From contig CAUYUJ010000227.1 in the NCBI GenBank assembly GCA_963575745.1, forward strand, positions 62,001 through 116,586: a stretch of 54,586 nt of DNA, in the 5' to 3' direction. Positions 52,271-54,586 of this stretch are shown in pieces. The notes under the pieces are model-generated. The model was not told the DNA's origin, searched no databases, and saw only the letters and a program-made list of their open reading frames with translations. Source of the stretch: Prorocentrum cordatum (taxonomy: Eukaryota). A program made the position numbers and the translations under genes. The first letter of the stretch is position 1, and the number at the start of each line of letters is the position of its first letter.

Positions 52271-52966
52271 CTCTTGAGACGCTGAAGAGAATTGTGTGGG
52301 AGGGGGGGAGAGAGAAGGAGGAGCCCTTACCGCGTGCCTTCGTCGCTTCTCCCCCGTGTTCCCTCATTGCGAAGGCCGTGCGGCACGTGCCGCCCACCTG
52401 AAAGACGGCAACGACGAGGACGGCCGGGTTATCGAGCACCTCTTGGATCCGTCTGGGCGCCTCTTTGGGCCCTCATTGGGCGCTCTTGAGAGCCTCAGGG
52501 GCGCTCTTGGGGCCATCTTGTAGCAGATCAATCAAAGAAGGGGGGTTCCTTCATCAAGGCCCCCATTCGGGAGCCCCAAAGATCGCCTCCTGGGGCGCTC
52601 TTGGAGCGCTGTTGGAGCGTTCTTGGGCGCTCTTGGGCTCCAACAAGGAGGGCCGATGACAAGGGACGAATGGCGACGGAAATGGCATTCTGACCCGGGC
52701 CCCTCCCCTGGTCTTCCCCTCCCGGGACCCTCCCCCCGGGACTCCCCCCCCAGCGAGGAAGGGATCAGCGGAAAGGGCTTTCCTTTCGAATGAATTCTGA
52801 CGTTCGTTATCGTTTTGACTAGCACGCTTGAAGAGAAAGGCGCAGGGACGGCTGGCGCGTCGGAGAAGGAGGCCCAGGAAAAAACTTGGATGGCGACGGC
52901 GACAACGACAAGGACACGACGAGCGAAACAGCGACGAATGAAAGGGCTTCTTCCACACGACGACTA

Positions 52967-53154
52967 CGGTAGGTTTGCGTCGTGTCGACCAGCGGCGACC
53001 CCAGCGCGGGCGTTCAAGGTTGAACGCCGCATGCGACCCAGAATCGATCGATGTTGAACGATCGGACGTTGCGGCAGCGGCCGATCGTTCAAGGTTGAAC
53101 GATCCCTGCGGTGTCAAAAACCAACGCTGGGGTCGGCACGACACGAACCTGCCG
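52967..53154. mobile_element. TA-flanked MITE (Tc1/mariner-like target duplication)
   Basis: TA|CGGTAGGTTTGCGTCGTGTCGACC ... GGTCGGCACGACACGAACCTGCCG|TA; internal CGTTCAAGGTTGAACG hairpins. Confidence 0.72.
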
Positions 53155-53234
53155 TACAGCGGGCATAGGCAGGCCACCCCATGAAGCATCCGCAGTGCGT
53201 TGTCGTCGGCCGTCGCCGTCGCCGTCGCCATCGC

Positions 53235-53268
<34 letters not shown>

Positions 53269-53370
53269 TTCGTCGTCGTCGTCGTCGTTCGTGGTCGTCG
53301 TCGTCGTTGTCGTCGTCGTCGTCTTCGTCGTCGTCGTCGTGGTCGTCGTCGTCGTCGTCGTCATCCTTTC

Positions 53371-53401
<31 letters not shown>

Positions 53402-53465
53402 TTGTGGTTGTTGTGGTTGTTGTTGTTGTTGTTGTTGCTGTTGGGTGTTGTTGTTGTTGTCGTCG

Positions 53466-53521
<56 letters not shown>

Positions 53522-53542
53522 GGTGGTGGTGGTGGTGGTGTT

Positions 53543-54482
53543 GAACATTATTAATTCTAAAGAATAATTATTGTTGGGACCCCTGGTGCACGGCCCCCCT
53601 GCGCCGCCTAGGCCGCAGCTACATTTTCATCATTTTCGTGAGGAAGCCTCAGGTAATACGATGTCATCAAGATCCGGTTGTTTTGTTGTAATCCGTTTTC
53701 CCTTGCAAAAAACACTATAAAATGACATTTCTTGTTCTAATATAATCAAATTTCAAGAATCCCTTGCAAAAAATAAGGTAAAGTGGACATTCGCGCGCGC
53801 AAGACGAAATCCTTCCAAAAGCTTAGTGTTCGGAGCGATTTCAACATAAAAACATCAAAAAACCAATGTTTTTTCAACAAAAAAATGTCAAAATCTCATC
53901 CCGCGCGCTCTTGCGGATTCGTAGGAAACCCAACACTTTTTAACATTTCTGTCAAACGGGCTTTTGCGAGCAACTTTTTCGAACTTCTGCGACAACGTTT
54001 GCGCACCTGCCAGGGCCATCATCCCTGTCAAATAATACCATGCGGGACACATTCGTTTTTTCTTCGCGCGCGCACGCCGAAATCTCCAAAAACCATTGGG
54101 CTTCTTAAGAATTTTAGCACCGCGCATCATAAAATCACACGAATCGCACCGTAGGTCCTCGAAAAATGCAACAGATGTTCTGTGGAAGGCTTCACAACTT
54201 CTGTGGGTTAACAAGGCTTAACAACTTCTGTGGGTGTACGAACGTAGTCTTAACAACTTCTGTGGGTGTGTACTCCACGCCAGTGTAGTAGCCACGGTCG
54301 TCCGCAGGCCACGAAGTGAAGTGTCCGAACGTCATAGGGCGGGAAGCTGGGTGCGGGTGGTGGCGAAGAGTCGTGTGGATATTTGGTAGAGCTTGCACTG
54401 CCCCCCCACAAAGTGGGGGTATTGGCTGGCGTCGCATGAAAACCCTGGCACTGGTGAGAACACTGAGCGTTCGGGTAAAGTG
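53543..54482 (+). mobile_element. GTT-anchored element E12 (diverged type C with ~200-bp insert)
   Basis: Colinear with E9/E11; hairpin 54403-54419; flanked by (GTC/GTT)n 53200-53542 and (GTT)n 54483-54586. Confidence 0.8.
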
Positions 54483-54524
<42 letters not shown>

Positions 54525-54535
54525 GATGCTGCTGA

Positions 54536-54580
<45 letters not shown>

Positions 54581-54586
54581 AGTTGT

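Overview
Repeat-saturated, GC-rich eukaryotic genomic DNA. It looks dinoflagellate-like, but that is inference only. I can support no intact host gene, rRNA, tRNA or cas gene, and most long ORFs in the track are microsatellite translations. Main content: (1) About 12 co-oriented copies of a non-autonomous element family sitting between (GTT)n tracts. They share a conserved head and tail, short asymmetric inverted termini, a C-run/AAA/G-run hairpin, exchangeable minisatellite interiors and an internal (CAA)n tract complementary to the flanking (GTT)n. (2) A decayed DIRS-type tyrosine-recombinase retrotransposon (gag-like, RT, RNase H, YR) at ~3.7-8.2 kb. (3) Several MITE/foldback elements, two with TA flanks. 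(4) Two divergent 73-bp tandem arrays that align without gaps on opposite strands. (5) A satellite built from alternating palindromes. (6) Long microsatellites (GTT, GTC, GAT, GGA, AGT, TGCA/TGTA, TATAGCCC). All coordinates and alignments were read by eye and may be off by a few bases.
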